Source of the DNA: Thermodesulfobacteriota bacterium
GTDB lineage: Bacteria; Desulfobacterota_D; UBA1144; Nemesobacterales; UBA2774
Direction of reading: 5' to 3'
Assembly: GCA_963422265.1 (NCBI GenBank)
Contig: OY729416.1
Coordinates: 1,408,001-1,472,000, forward strand
Length of the DNA stretch: 64,000 nt
Numbering within the stretch: position 1 is the stretch's first letter; every line of letters starts with the position of its first letter. The position numbers and the translations under genes are program-made. The notes beneath the pieces were generated by a model that ran no database searches, had not been told where the DNA came from, and saw only the letters and a list, made by a program, of their open reading frames with translations. Shown one piece after another: positions 62,266 through 64,000 of this stretch.

Positions 62266-62350
62266 AAAAGTTAAACGTTCTACTTAAATCATACTCCATC
62301 CTCCTTTGAGAAAACGGGAGTGCTTTTCACCGAGAAGCACTTCCGTTTTT
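62266..62350 (+). ncRNA. Candidate ~85-nt sRNA with anti-Shine-Dalgarno seed
   Basis: Promoter upstream, CTCCATCCTCCTTT, then long terminator hairpin; no ORF. Confidence 0.5.
62311..62350 (+). terminator. Intrinsic terminator
   Basis: AAAACGGGAGTGCTT..AAGCACTTCCGTTTTT. Confidence 0.8.
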
Positions 62351-62403
62351 CATCTTTGGCGCGCATAGCTCAACCAACTTAAATGTGTTAGCTTACCCGT
62401 GAA

Positions 62404-63810
62404 ATGGACCGCGTTAACCCGTCAAGAGAAGATACTATCGCAGCGATAGCCACAGCAGAGGGTAATGGAAGCATTGCTGTGATTAGGGTAAGTGGAGATA
62501 AGACTAGACAAATAATAAGGGATATTTTCAGAGCATCTGGCTCAAAAGATATGATAACCGAGCTAGAGTCGCATAGGCTCTACTACGGTCGCATAGTCAA
62601 GCCCGAATCTCTTGATTTGATAGATGAAGTTCTCTGCGTTTATATGGAGTCTCCTAGGTCATATACAGGCGAGGACGTAGTGGAGATACACTCACACGGG
62701 GGCTATCTAGCACCAAGGAACGTGCTTGAGGTCATTTATAAACTGGGGGCTAGACCTGCAAATCCCGGAGAATTCTCGCTAAGAGCATTTCTAAATGGAA
62801 AAATGGACTTAGCCCAGGCGGAAGCAGTAGCGGATATAGTGAATGCGCAGACAAAAGAAGGATTAAAGCAGGCGGAACTACAGCTTGAAGGCGCGCTTTC
62901 AGAAAAGATAGGGGGTTGTAAGGAAACAGTCCTAGATGTATTAGCCGAAGTTGAGGCTCAGGTTGATTTTCCTGAAGAGGACATAGAACCAATAGCTAAA
63001 GAAAGTATGGAGTTGCGGGCGACGGGGCTGATTGAAGAGATAAAATTACTCATTGGCACTTATGATGAAGGAAGAATAATTAAATATGGGGTAAGAGCGG
63101 CAATACTGGGAAAACCAAACGTTGGAAAATCAAGTTTATTAAACTGTCTTCTAAATAAGGACAGGGCTATTATTAGCCCACGTCCCGGCACTACCAGAGA
63201 TTTTATACAAGAAAGCATCAACATCAGGGGAATACCGCTTGAGCTCACGGACACAGCAGGTATAAGATCAACGAAAGATGAGATTGAGCAAGCTGGCGTA
63301 GAGCTGGCAAAGAAAAAGGTCAGGCAAGCTGAGCTTTTGATTATCGTCATAGATGGAAGTTCGGAGCTGAGCGATGACGATTATGAGGTATTAAGTGAAA
63401 TTAAAGGAAGGCGGGCAGTCGTAGTATTAAACAAGTCCGACGTTAGCTCAAGGGTAAAAATAGAGATGCTAACCGATTATATGTCAAGGGACTTAATTAT
63501 AAGCACGTCCGCAAGGTATGGTGCTGGGATAGAAGAGCTCAAAGACGGCATAGAAAAAGTGCTACTCAATAGGGACTGCGCGCCTCAAGGGAATGAAATA
63601 GTCTTGACCGAGCTTAGACACAAGCTCTCCCTAGACAAAGCGCTGCAAAACCTGCTTTCCTTTATTGAGATTCTTAGGATAGATGAATCGCCCGAGTTCT
63701 TAGCACTTAACCTAAGAAGCACTCTTGACTCGCTCGGAGAAATAACCGGTGAAGTAACGACAGAGGACGTATTGGGAAGAATTTTTAGCAAATTCTGCGT
63801 GGGGAAATAG
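62404..63810 (+). CDS. mnmE: tRNA modification GTPase
   Basis: DTIAAIAT, SYTGEDVVEI, GKPNVGKSS, DTAGIR, FSKFCVGK. Confidence 0.98.
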   Translation: MDRVNPSREDTIAAIATAEGNGSIAVIRVSGDKTRQIIRDIFRASGSKDMITELESHRLYYGRIVKPESLDLIDEVLCVYMESPRSYTGEDVVEIHSHGGYLAPRNVLEVIYKLGARPANPGEFSLRAFLNGKMDLAQAEAVADIVNAQTKEGLKQAELQLEGALSEKIGGCKETVLDVLAEVEAQVDFPEEDIEPIAKESMELRATGLIEEIKLLIGTYDEGRIIKYGVRAAILGKPNVGKSSLLNCLLNKDRAIISPRPGTTRDFIQESINIRGIPLELTDTAGIRSTKDEIEQAGVELAKKKVRQAELLIIVIDGSSELSDDDYEVLSEIKGRRAVVVLNKSDVSSRVKIEMLTDYMSRDLIISTSARYGAGIEELKDGIEKVLLNRDCAPQGNEIVLTELRHKLSLDKALQNLLSFIEILRIDESPEFLALNLRSTLDSLGEITGEVTTEDVLGRIFSKFCVGK

Positions 63811-63893
63811 GGAGTTACAAACCTTGATAATCACGCGTCCTTAGCTTACTATCTTTCCCATAGTAACTAGCTGTTGTCTAAAGGAGATATGTA

Positions 63894-64000
63894 ATGCAGG
63901 AATTACATCAGGATCCCCTTCGTGGATTTCAGTCTCCATCTCAGAGTCAGGGACATGCCTACAAGTTAGATGAGGCAGAATCTAACAAAGAGGGAGCTTC
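63894..64000 (+). CDS. 5' part of unknown gene, truncated by window edge
   Basis: AAGGAG RBS then open frame MQELHQDPLRGFQ... Confidence 0.5.
   Translation, partial: MQELHQDPLRGFQSPSQSQGHAYKLDEAESNKEGA

Overview
Bacterial chromosomal window; gene content and order (prmC-murA-hisG short form, pst, gsp) suggest a Desulfobacterota/Ca. Dadabacteria-like organism (inference). Bases 1-4130 are a scrambled Mu-like prophage remnant: S24 repressor tail, gpG, MuF/gpF, portal fragment and a possible tail-chaperone fragment. Its spacers are filled with ~140-bp composite palindromic repeats. The best candidate for an undescribed system lies here. The MuF protein carries a C-terminal PBECR2-like RNase domain, and the slot where an immunity gene is expected instead holds a self-contained ~165-nt non-coding unit (near-consensus sigma70 promoter, nested helices with a possible pseudoknot, intrinsic terminator), i.e. 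a putative RNA antitoxin/partner. The rest is mostly housekeeping: gap-pgk-fbaB, hisG/murA/prmC, pstSCAB-arsC-phoU, tyrA/hisC, mutS, groESL, speB, radC, pabBC, gspC-K, dnaJ, uvrA, dacB, aroE, ribF, tRNA-Glu, ispE, mnmE. Other oddities are three inactivated restriction endonucleases (two beside intact methyltransferases), a strongly C-depleted groESL with an abrupt compositional switch, a candidate anti-Shine-Dalgarno sRNA before mnmE, and several gene relics. All family assignments are by eye; no searches were run.
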